From Mayamaea pseudoterrestris (lineage: Eukaryota), in NCBI GenBank assembly GCA_027923505.1, contig BROI01000008.1:248001-312000 (forward strand): a stretch of DNA of 64,000 nucleotides. The letters run 5' to 3'. Positions 46,172-56,496 of this stretch are shown piece by piece. A model generated the notes under the pieces. It saw nothing but the letters and a program-made list of their open reading frames with translations, was not told the origin of the DNA and made no database searches. A program made the translations under genes and the position numbers. Within the stretch, counting starts at the first letter, position 1. Each line of letters starts with the position of its first letter.

Positions 46172-48373
46172 TCACCAATCCCTCTTCAGTTCGATCGTCT
46201 TGCCAAGTCTCCCAGGTCGCAGCAATGCTGGGTCGATCAACGAAGAATCGTGCGTGATGCCAATGACAGCGATGCCACCATCAAATCTAGGACCAAACTG
46301 TTCCACGCCATCGAGCTCGACTAATAATGTCGAAAGAATCCGGTCTAGTGTTCCCTCTGTAGTTGTGTCATGACCTCGCACCGCCGCAATATTTTCAATC
46401 GCATCCATGATTAAAATGCACGGAGCCGCCTTGCGGGCGCAATCAAACAGCTTGCGAACGGCGTGCTCTGACCCTCCGACTTCTTTGTGAATGAGCGAAG
46501 TGCAAGAAACGTCCAATACCTTGATCGAGGACTTCAGTAGGGCAGCGTATCGGCAGCATTGGTACGCAACAAAGGTCTTGCCGCTCATGGGCGCACCAGT
46601 CAACAGCACTCCTCCGCATGTAAATTTTCGAGATGAATTTGTACCCGAACAGTCCATTAACTCACGAAACTCTCTGGATCTGCAAAGCGGAACAACAATT
46701 GATCCCTCCAGTTCATTCCAAGCGCGTCTTGCCGTATCGCCTTTTAGCTCGTTTTCAAACCGACTTGAATCATTATGGGTATGTGGCGCAATGGGAGAAA
46801 GCAAGTCTACAGAAGTCAAGAAACGCACGTCCATGATATCGTCCAACAGGCTGCTTTTCAAAGAAGCTGGAACCGCAGCGGACAGCTTTTTGTGAAGTAA
46901 CTGCAGCTTCACGAACGCGGCCGATGAGTGACAGGGCTGCTTTGCCGATGATATCACGACTTGTCGACAAAGTTGAGTAATTTCGGCGTAAGATTTACCA
47001 ACCGTTGCTTCGACCAGTGAATTCAATAGGACTTGTACCTCACTCTTGCATCCGCCTTCGACCGCGGAGACAACAAAGAGCTCACTTAACAAGTGTCTTC
47101 GCTCGTCTTCGCTGGGTGTATCAATACGAAGGACGCAATCGCATCGACTCGTCATTGCCTCGGAACGCACAGTAGAGAAAGAAACTACCAAAATGGTTGA
47201 ATTGACGCCTGTCAGATGCCTGATTGCATCCAAGAAAACGAGTAAAACTGATTGCAGTCGGGCGCTAGCATGATTCTCGTTGTCATCCCGACGAAGCAAG
47301 TGTTCCACGTCGTCGAGCAAAATAGCTTTCCGACCTCGACGGTCGCAGACAGCCCCAAAAAGTGAGAGAAGATTGTTCTCTGCATCACCGACCGACCTTC
47401 CAAGTATATCGAGGGGCAATCGCGGTCTCACCACTAAACAAGAAAACGCGTCAGACGCCGGCAAGTAAATGTTCTTAAGCAAACCACTTTAATGAGACTT
47501 ACCAAAAACACCAGCTTTACCAAACTTCTGCTCCAAATATTCGCAAAGAAAAGTCTTTCCAGAGCCCGCTTCGCCAACAATGAGTACACTAGCAAACATG
47601 GGTGCGTCAACCTTGAGGAAGGTGTCGGCAATCTCATATATTGAAGTGGCATTCGCAATGTTCAGGTCACTTGATGTATAGTGGCACGTATCATCACTGC
47701 CTGTACTTTTAACCGAGATTGTGCTATGATTCGGAGACTGTTGGCCTTGAGCAGCAGAAGAAATGAATCGATCCTTGTCAATGAGAACTTTCGATGTGTG
47801 CCCCTGAACCAATGTCGCCTGTAAATCGAGTTGTTCAATGACTTGGCGACGAGACATAACTTGTATGAATAAAGCAATTTGCTCTATGGCATGTTTTGAA
47901 TTATGATTCGTCAAGTAGATGGCGTCGAGACTGCCTTGCAGAGCCTTCAGTATCCGTGATTCGCGCTGCAGTTGTTGCAACACCATCCCAATTAATGACA
48001 TGGCCAAAAGTACTTGATCGCGATGGCTGGCCAAATCGACCTCATCCGCTGATTGCAACTCAGTTTGTAATGCCAAAACATCTGAAATCTCTTTTTGATG
48101 ATTACGTCCAAGAATGAGTAGATGGCTTCGAAGGTCCGTCAAATCTTCTTCCAGGGTAGCGAGTCTGTTGGAATCAGTAGGATCATTTGCTGACGTTTCT
48201 ATTGCGAGAAGTCTGGTGTCCTGCATCTGTATGTTGACACGTTTCGCAGTTGAAATGATGGCTTTTCGACTGGAAGTGTCGCTGTCCTCATCGGCCCAAT
48301 GCAATAGCACATCGAGTATTGAGTCGATTAGTGCCGAGAATCCGTCGTGATCCATCGATTCTTGCTGCTGCAT
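46172..48373 (-). CDS. Two-module AAA+ ATPase (CDC48/AFG2-related), 2 exons
   Basis: Walker A motifs GEAGSGKT and GAPMSGKT; VGGSEHAVRKLF..AR.AAPCIL; LLVELDG; IDPALLRPGRL. Intron at 47434-47502. Confidence 0.85.
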
Positions 48374-48619
48374 TGTCTATATAAGTCTTTTGGAAGGCGT
48401 GTGATATAATAGAGGTACGAGTACACGTAATTGTGGTGCGCAACATGAAAAATGAGCGCATGATGATGGCGTCGCTGAATGCTTTGAACCGGTGAGACAT
48501 CTATGCCGCGACAGCGCGGATGAACCGTGCGCCGTTGCGCCAAGGCACAGAGGCAGATTATATTATGCTCGATTCATTCCAACCTTTGCAAATTCTTACA
48601 GTTGACCTAACAGCATCTC

Positions 48620-50449
48620 ATGTCGGAACGAGCAGTAGATGAAGTGTTCACCAAAAAACATCCCGCGATGGACGACTGCCAAGAAGAACAGGAAGATTCT
48701 CAGCAAAGAAAACGCGCCCATTTGGACGTTGAAGCGACAGCTAGCGTTGGAGACGTGACGGTCAACTATTGCTGGCTCGATGCCGGTCTTATTGACGTTG
48801 AATCGGGACGCAACTACCATGAGGCTATTCGATTGACGGTGGGTAGTGGTCTTGTTGTTGACTCCTTTAATGTTCATCGAGGTGACGTTGTGAGATTGAA
48901 TGCCGAGCAAGGAGCGGCGGAGGACGGAAGTGACGTTTGGATGTGTAAAGTAATCAAGCTATGGGATGATGGGGATACTGTTGCGTTCCGTGGATTGTGG
49001 TTGTTCAGTAGAGACGAAATCAATCAATATACTGGACCTTGGGGCGGGATTTTGTCCAAGTCGGGGCTCGTTAAGAAAATGCGATCCAAGGAATGCGTCT
49101 TGAGCGATCGCGGCGACGATAATGACATCGGATCCATTCTAAGCGTTGTCAAGCCTGTGCATCAAATCCCAGGATATGGGATCGATGTCCCTCGTGGCTC
49201 GGTTCTGTGCCGTTATAGAATTGAGACGATGGACTCGCCTTGGATGCTTTTTGAATATCGAGGCGAGTCGGTCGACCGCGCGGATGACCATAATACTGAT
49301 GAACCGACACTGACGAACGATACCTTGGATGACGACCACTCTTCTGCGTCTTCCTCAGGCGAACGTTCAACTTTTAGTGATCAAGTGCGAATTGAAGGAG
49401 AAGGCAGTAACCTGCGTGGGTACGTTGAGTATAGTCTTCCCGTTGTCGAGCAAGCAAAAGTCCTCTCACTCCTCATTACTTCGTGGTCCAGTGACATTCA
49501 AATTGGTCCAAAATTCCAGGTTGATGTTCCGCCGTTTAGTCCTGGTGCTCCATACAATCCGACATCGGGCCGAAAACCGCAGCTCGTCTGGAGAGCCGAC
49601 TCAATTTCGGACGATGCTCTGCATTCATTCCTTAAACAGCTGTCAATGGTTCTTAATGATTATCTGGAAAAACATGGCCTGACCACTCTAGATGGCCCTC
49701 CTTATACTCCGTTGCCTATCGACAAGGCTGAAGCCTTCATGGCAGAGTTGAACGTCGACAGGCTATATCCCTCGCATATGAGTAGTGCGTCGAGTTTGAC
49801 GCTGAAACAAAGCGGATTGCTCAAGGAATGTGACATTGACGCCGCTCTACAATTCCTACACGAGCATGGTTATAACATTGAAAAAGCGCTTGACGCAATT
49901 AAGACTGACCTATCCAAGGTCACTAATGGTTGGACTAGGACGGAAAAGAACATCTTTAACGACGGTTATCGGCAGGAGCAGGGCGTCATTCGCAACATTG
50001 CAAAGCTCTTTCAACCAATGAAGACGCACAAGGATGTGATAGACTACTGGTATCGATTTAAGATATCGGACCAATTTCGCTTGTACCAGGAGCGGAAACG
50101 CGAACAAGCCATTCGAATGATTGAGTGCATCGAGACTCGTCGATTCCACGAGTTCACGCTTAGCGCACCGCGTGTCGAACAGAGTAGTGGACACCAAGCG
50201 AAGGATGCGCATTGGTCGGAAACGAGTACAGCCGAAATTGCCTCGGCTTCGGACGAGCGCCGTCAAGTGGCTAAAACATTGCTGTTGGATATCACTGAAC
50301 GAATGGGCAGCTCAATCATGGCGGAAATTGCTGCTGTACTCCGCGAGCTGCATGAGAGCTACGACGTCAAGTTGAAGAAGCACTTATTTACTTTGCTGGT
50401 TGGTCAACCTGAGTTGCAGCAACGCATTCTTGAGTTTGTGCCAAAGTAG
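48620..50449 (+). CDS. BAH + ELM2 + SANT chromatin co-repressor-like protein
   Basis: BAH-like HRGDVVRL...VIKLW...FRGLWL; ELM2 DIQIGPKFQVDVP...LVW...ALQFLHEHGYNIEKAL; SANT WTRTEKNIF...KTHKDVIDYWY. Probable in-frame intron at 49420-49491. Confidence 0.85.
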   Translation: MSERAVDEVFTKKHPAMDDCQEEQEDSQQRKRAHLDVEATASVGDVTVNYCWLDAGLIDVESGRNYHEAIRLTVGSGLVVDSFNVHRGDVVRLNAEQGAAEDGSDVWMCKVIKLWDDGDTVAFRGLWLFSRDEINQYTGPWGGILSKSGLVKKMRSKECVLSDRGDDNDIGSILSVVKPVHQIPGYGIDVPRGSVLCRYRIETMDSPWMLFEYRGESVDRADDHNTDEPTLTNDTLDDDHSSASSSGERSTFSDQVRIEGEGSNLRGYVEYSLPVVEQAKVLSLLITSWSSDIQIGPKFQVDVPPFSPGAPYNPTSGRKPQLVWRADSISDDALHSFLKQLSMVLNDYLEKHGLTTLDGPPYTPLPIDKAEAFMAELNVDRLYPSHMSSASSLTLKQSGLLKECDIDAALQFLHEHGYNIEKALDAIKTDLSKVTNGWTRTEKNIFNDGYRQEQGVIRNIAKLFQPMKTHKDVIDYWYRFKISDQFRLYQERKREQAIRMIECIETRRFHEFTLSAPRVEQSSGHQAKDAHWSETSTAEIASASDERRQVAKTLLLDITERMGSSIMAEIAAVLRELHESYDVKLKKHLFTLLVGQPELQQRILEFVPK

Positions 50450-51089
50450 TTGGATGACAGCAATAAAGCTTATTGATATTACAATGTTTATTCTTTGATA
50501 GCTGACGAAAGTAGTTTTGGTCATATTAACAGTAAGTTTGATTTCAGCTCAGCGTTCTCCAAAGCCGGTCATAGAACTCTCGTTTGCCGCCTTCGGCAAA
50601 AGCCACTATTGTTGGCTTTGCAATTGTACATCAGACGGCGTGAGTGGGCAGCGGCAAATATGGTTGTACAAGTCGACAATTATAATCGGAAGGTTTCGAT
50701 GGCTTGCAAAAAAGAGGTGATAACCCCCGATCTTCCCTGGCAACAGCGATGGATACGTCCAATTTGGAAGTTACGTCTGTTTCCCATGCTCCATTTCCTT
50801 TAGACTTCAATCTGGGTTCGCACAGAACACGCCGGATAGATGTTGCAATCATTAGTGACCTCGGAGTGGGCAGCCGAATGAACTAATTATCGGCAATGGC
50901 TTGGCTCGGAGCAATGCCGAAAAGAGTTCTCCCAATTCCATTCTTGCGAGCTTTCCTTGTCACAACGATCCGAATTGTGAATAAATTATATAGCTGAGTT
51001 ATTTCGATGACGTTAAAAATCGGACACTCCTTGGCCAGGTTTCTCCCTGAGGATGCGAAATCGTTGTCGTAAACCCACTGGCAACCCTA

Positions 51090-51538
51090 ACTTCAATTGG
51101 TCGTTCTCGGTCTTGATGGCGTCCGCCCAGAGCGTATTGCCGTTGGCGGAGTCAAGACGCTGGGCGTCCTTGCAGTTCCTGGGGATTTGCACAACGAACT
51201 TGAATGCGGGCAGCCTTGAGCATCCGGTCGAACTTGTTCTTGCGGCGCGTATACTTCTCCAACCGTTTCCAACCAGGCTTGGAAAGCATGGCCTGTCCAT
51301 AAGCAGCGAGCGTGACTGGATATACTTAATCATCATGGCGAGAGGCTCCCACGTGCGCTGGCCACTCGTCCATTGCACGACATAGTAACTAGACCCCTTG
51401 TAGTCGGCATAGCATGCCCTTCAATCGAATCGTGGGGATAGTACATGTCTTGGTCGCCACGCAACTCGGCATCACACTACGCTCGACCAAGTCAGAAATC
51501 TCATTGTAGGTAATGATTTCATTCACAGTGCTATCTGG
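51090..51538 (-). mobile_element. Decayed Ty1/copia (diatom CoDi-type) retrotransposon pol fragment
   Basis: Frameshifted pieces NEIITYNEI, DYKGSSYYVVQWTSGQRTWEPL, PGWKRLEKY, FKFVVQIPRN..DA..LD..NGNTLWADAI.TE. These match the integrase-to-RT region of CoDi elements. Confidence 0.85.
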
Positions 51539-51600
51539 AATAAACAATAGCAAGACATCGCCTACAGCGACTAACCTGTCAATTTTGCATGATCCAAAGA

Positions 51601-51990
51601 CGTGGTTTCACTGGCTCTCGATTCGTACTATTGCCTTGTGACGCAGTTTTCACTGGCACTCGTTTCGCACTACAGCCTTGTGACGCAGTTTACACTGGCA
51701 CTCGTTTCGTACTATTGCCTTGAGTAGCCGTTTTCACTGGCACTTGTTTTATACTATTGCCGTGTGACGCTGTTTTCACTGGCACTCGTTTCGTACTATT
51801 GCCTTGTGACGTAGTTTAACTGGCAATCGTTTCAAAATGCCTCGTGACGCAGTTTTCACTGGCACTCGTTTCGCAATATTGCCATCTGACGCTGTTTTCA
51901 CTGGCACTCGTTTCTCAATATTGCCTTGAGGCTTCCTTTCACTGGCACTTGTTTTATACTATTGCCTCATGACGTTGTTTGACTATTGCA
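51601..51990. repeat. 42-bp tandem repeat array, about 9 units plus a partial
   Basis: Consensus CGCAGTTTTCACTGGCACTCGTTTCGTACTATTGCCTTGTGA. Units start at 51601, 51642, 51684, 51726, 51768, 51810, 51848, 51890 and 51930. Confidence 0.95.
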
Positions 51991-52279
51991 TTTTAAACGA
52001 AACTATTCGGTCTGACTCACCAAGAGTCAGAACGGTCCCTTCCCCCTGTGGAAAAACGAAATTGCCGGCGCGCAGAACACGTTTTCAGTACTCGCCCTGT
52101 AGAAATCACTCGTGCGGGTGTCCGTTGCCACAATCGTGTAACGCCTATTTTTAACGGTCGATGGCAATCAGTGTCCTAGCGTCACTAAGCATAAACTAGA
52201 CCCACTCGAGCATCCAGGCACAGCACAACCAGTGCCACACACTCACATTGGGTTTGGACATGCAGGCTGCTTGTCATCC

Positions 52280-53010
52280 TCTATGGCTCCTAGTCTGTCT
52301 CCCAGCACTCATCTAAGCAGCTTGCCATCAAGTGTGCCATCAAGTGATCCAAGCGCCAAGCCAAGTGCATCATCTAGTGCAGGACCCAGTCTCCTCCCAA
52401 GTGCAGCACCAAGCTTGTTACCCTCTGTAACTCCCAGTTAGCAATAGCCCCAGCAGCTTGCCATCAAGTAGTGTGCCGTAAGTGATCCAAGTGCCCATTA
52501 AAGTGCATCATCTAGCACAAGACCCAGTCTTCGTCCCAGTGCCGCACCAAGCTTGTCACCCACTATAACTCCCAGTTGTCTCCCAGCACTAGGCCCCGGC
52601 AGCTTGCCATCAAGTGTGCCATCAAGTGATCCAAGCGCCAAGCCAAGAGCATCAACTACCGCAAGACCCAGTCCTCTTCCCAGCGCAGCACCAAGCTTGT
52701 CACCCTCTGTTACTTCCAGTTGTCTCCCAGCACAAGCCCCAGCAGCTTGCCATCAACTGTGCCAAGTAAACCCAATTGCCAAGCCAATTGCAGCATCTAG
52801 CGCAGGATCCAGTCTTCCTCCCGGTGCAGCACCAAGCTTGTCACCCTCCGTGGCTCCCAGTGTGTCTTTCAGCACTTGGCAAGTGTGCCATCAAGTAACC
52901 CAAGCGCCAAGCCATGTGCATCACCTAGCGCAGGACCTACCGGTAGTCTCCAAGAGTCAACACCAAGCTTGTCTCCCTCTGTGGCTCCTAGCTTGTCTCG
53001 AAACACTCAG
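52280..53010 (+). pseudogene. Decayed Pro/Ser-rich tandem repeat (about 140-bp period, about 5 copies), mucin-like coding relic
   Basis: Repeated PSSVPSSDPSAKPSAS.SAGPSL.PSAAPSLSPSV.PS, split among frames by stops and frameshifts. CpG is scarce. Confidence 0.75.
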
Positions 53011-54303
53011 CAAGTGTGCTATCGAGATCATCCTGTTGTTGACCTGAGAGCTACCGGTAGTGCTACCCCCGTAACATGCCAGGTGTACTGTTTGTTCCAC
53101 TCGAACTGCCACGCAGTCAGGTCAGACCCCGGTCGCTCGGTGCAATGAAGAAGAGTGTAACTCACATAAATGGTTGCGCAGAATCGTGGCTTTGATGCTT
53201 GATCGAGTTGACGAAGCGTTGAGGGAAGTAGTGATGAGCCGAGAATCAAGATGCGCTAGCGGTAAGTGGCAAATGACAGCAAAATCGTCAGCAAAGCCCA
53301 GCTTGTTGGTACTTTATGGTGGGACTGCGTACGTTGCCGTCGTTGTGGCTCGCCGAAAGACTTCATTGAATTGTGACCAAACGAAGGAGTGAAACTCAGA
53401 AAGCAAAGCCCATTATGTCTTCGTCGATCTCAACGGAAGTTCTCGCTGTATGGTGCAACTTGTCCTTCATCGCATCGGGGAAGCACTAATGGCTAGTAAA
53501 GTGTGGTAATTGCTGGTGTGGGATGTGCATGCACGTGTATTTTTTTGTTGCGCATTCAAATTGGGTTGGGCCGTTGAGACTCACATTGGCCGGAGCATCG
53601 CGAAAATCCAATGGGTTGTGACTGCCTAGAAACCCCAAGTAGCGTTGCTGGCTGCTTTGAAATTTAAAATCTCGCCAGTTTATTATATGTTGGCACTTCC
53701 ACATGTTGCGGCTGTTGACATTGAAACTGTGGACCGCGACGTCTCTCGCCGGCCGTCTGTTTGGCCAGCTCCGGTATCGTCGAATGTTGCTGCCGATAGT
53801 GGTAATGTTGATGAAGGTGTTGCTGTGGTAACAGTGCACAGTGAGAAATGGGTTGTTTGCGAAAGAGCTGATCAGCTCAGCCTGCCTCTGTCGCTACAAG
53901 AACGTAAATAACTTGCTCTGATTGATACTGCTTGAATTGTCTGCATCTCGCGCTGTAAGACGCGGACGACGCAGCCACTTAAAGTTTGGTAACAAATATG
54001 TATGTGGTCACCAGCTTTGCTACGCTTTTAATGGCTGCCAATGTATAGATTATATGATACAGCCAAGTTTCTTCATCACTTGTGTCAATCAAACTCATTC
54101 CGTTACCAAATTATGTATGATGTCACATTAAATCATCGTCAGGGCCCTTGCATCGCGCCATACCTTGATAAATTTGTTTTCTGCACTTCCCTTGGACGCA
54201 GCTGTAAGACATAAAGACGATATCTAACTTTTACGAGAGTAGCCATGAACGAGGGCAAAGAACTGTTCAAACCATATACTGAGTAAGCCATTTCTAGTTA
54301 ACC

Positions 54304-56363
54304 TTATTTCGTGATTGACCAACGGATGTAAAACTCAGCAATATCAAACGGCCAGAGAATCAAGTTCAAGGGAAATGGAAGGTTGAAGCCACTTTTGAAT
54401 TGAAAGTAAAAGCCAAGAGCGGCAAAAGTGTAGGCGAAAATTTCGTCAATGTAGGTGTCCTCGTGCTTCTCAGGAATAAAGCCACCTAGCCTTACTCTGT
54501 GTGCCAAGCAAAAGGCATAGAGCGCGCGCGCCATCATGAGGCCTCCATCCAATGCTGACGCTGCGGCGGAAATCGCCGACTGAATGGTCCATGCCAAGCT
54601 TAACGCAATCCACTTGCAGACCCAACACAACACAACAGGGACCCACTTGTGGAAGTCCTTGGGGACTGCGAGTCTGGCGGCTGGTGCAATAAAACGCTGG
54701 CATGGCATTTCCAAAAAATTGGCAATGGTCAAGGACAGGGAGACGGTTCGAGCAAATTGGATGGATAGCACTGCAGCGACGGCGAGCCAAACTTTGTAAA
54801 TGGCTCCAAGACTGTCATTGACTCTCTGGGGGTTCATTTTCTTGAGAACGAGTAAAGTCTTTCGCTGCAGAATTTCCTGTCCATTGACCTGCTTGATGTC
54901 AATCTTTCCATCATTGTCTTCGTCTGCTACGTCGTCCTTTTTGCTAGCCTCGATAATGACCAAGGCTTCCTCAGACAAGGCCGTTAGTGCTTCCGCGACA
55001 GACTTGCGTCCACCAAACTCCGCCGCCTTGAGAGCTGCAAATAGAGTAGGAAAAGTCCCTCCAAAAAAGCAAATGATGGTACCATACAGAAAGTAGAGCG
55101 CATTCTGCGGCAACCTGCTCAAGAGTGCGCGGATCTTGGAAACAAATACGATCACCAACGGAATCACAATGGTGGCCAGATTTACTAAAGGACGTCCGAT
55201 TGTCTCCAATATCTGACTAGAGTGTCCTCGTTTCGTCGTGGTGTGTCTCGTGTTGTGTCTCGTGACTCATATCCAGAAAAGCCGGGCGTCATCACGCCAC
55301 GTGGCGAAACCATGTTGTGCATTAAGGTTAAGGTTGGCAACACGAGAGGCGTTTTGTGTCGCGTCCAAAAAAGTGGACGCGACACGAACAGCTTCCATGT
55401 TGCCTTCATTGCATCCACCATTACTCAACTAATATAGGTCCCGCGGCTATACTACTATATTCGCTAGAAAGCCAAGCGTATCCGCTACATGTTGGGCTAA
55501 TCAGATTTTAATTTGGTCCCGTTTACACCTTTTTTGTGGAGAGTCAAACTTTGACCATTTTCGTGTCGTGATCGCTCGAATTTGCCACGATGTCATCGCG
55601 CGAACCCCTCCAGTCGCTCGTCGTCATGAAGGCTCTTTCACCACATCAACTGCCATCTCCTTCACCAAAAGCCTTTATATGCAGTCAATTGTTCTATGCT
55701 AGAATTTGATTACATCATGATTGGGCAATTTTTGTTTGCTGGTCATGATCCCGGTGGAACTGGATGCGGCAGGCTTGTCGTCGTCAACTTGTTGTCATGT
55801 GACATGCCATGGTTTGATCGGTAGCAGTACGAATGCAATTTCCTTCTACACAATATGATACAATAGTATTCTAATTAACAGTGTCTCGCTATTATATATT
55901 TTATTGTAAAATGGTAGATAGTCCGATTGTGCTCGTTCAAAGGTGACGAGTGACGAGGCATGAGCACATCATGATCATCTGGCATCAAATCCTTTAGCAT
56001 GGCTGGCAATATATGGCGCAAATATGTCATATCAACAGCCCAATTCTACCACTGGTGCCATGCAACTAGCTTGCAGCCTCATTCGCTCTCGTCATGGGAC
56101 GCATCGTCCTGCATGACAAGCCACAACAAGCATCGATCGAGCGATTTTCAACCAGCAAGTTGGCGCGGGCGCCGCGCAGCTTGACTGTAAATGGCTCTTG
56201 TGCTTTAAATGACTCATTTGCGAATGCTACGTGGCAAAAGTTCGGGCGCACGAGACACAACACGAGACACACCACGACGAAACGAGGACACTCTACTGAG
56301 TCCTTCGGTCGGCATTTTTGCATCGGATGCGATTGCAACCTTGCCTTTGGTCGTGCTTGCCAT
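54304..56363 (-). CDS. Multi-pass membrane protein gene interrupted by a TIR element (possibly pseudogenised)
   Basis: ATG at 56363 gives MASTTKGKVAIASDAKMPTEGLS. Removing the element 55219-56294 plus one ACT joins this in frame to QILETIGRPLVNLA... (ORF 54304-55209), which has several hydrophobic helices. Confidence 0.8.
55219..56294. mobile_element. Non-autonomous DNA transposon (MITE-like), 1,076 bp, perfect 46-bp TIRs, ACT target-site duplication
   Basis: AGAGTGTCCTCGTTTCGTCGTGGTGTGTCTCGTGTTGTGTCTCGTG at 55219-55264, with its exact reverse complement at 56249-56294. ACT at 55216-55218 and 56295-56297 (alternative parse: TA TSD with GAG...CTC ends). No transposase ORF. Confidence 0.92.
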
Positions 56364-56496
56364 GGTTGTTTTTTTGGATCTTTGTGCGAATGAACGAAAA
56401 TCCATGGAGCAATATCGTCACCTTTGTCGTCCAGTACCACTACGACGTGTAGTAACGTTGCGACATTTTAACTTTTGCTGCCCGTCCAGCTTCGAC
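56364..56496. promoter_or_regulatory. Probable bidirectional promoter between the membrane-protein gene and TERT
   Basis: Only 133 bp separate the divergent ATGs at 56363 (-) and 56497 (+). Inferred from gene geometry only. Confidence 0.45.

Noticed and set aside
51083..51091. AACCCTAAC as a telomerase RNA template near TERT
   Set aside because: A 9-mer expected by chance, at the edge of the copia relic, with no supporting structure or promoter.
51601..51990. CRISPR-like array associated with a reverse transcriptase
   Set aside because: Units are contiguous with no unique spacers, there are no cas genes, and the nearby RT is an ordinary TERT.
53100..54250. Short ORFs and a VEIDE peptide suggesting a transposase remnant
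   Set aside because: No further DDE motifs and no coherent gene model.
55322..55337. TTAAGGTTAAGGTTGG as a telomere-like repeat
   Set aside because: Only about 2.5 imperfect units inside the TIR element; too short to interpret.
56209..56496. N-terminal 96 aa of the 1168-aa TERT ORF
   Set aside because: It reads through the transposon TIR and the antisense 5' end of the neighbouring gene, so it is probably a fortuitous open frame. ATG 56404 cannot be fully excluded as a start.
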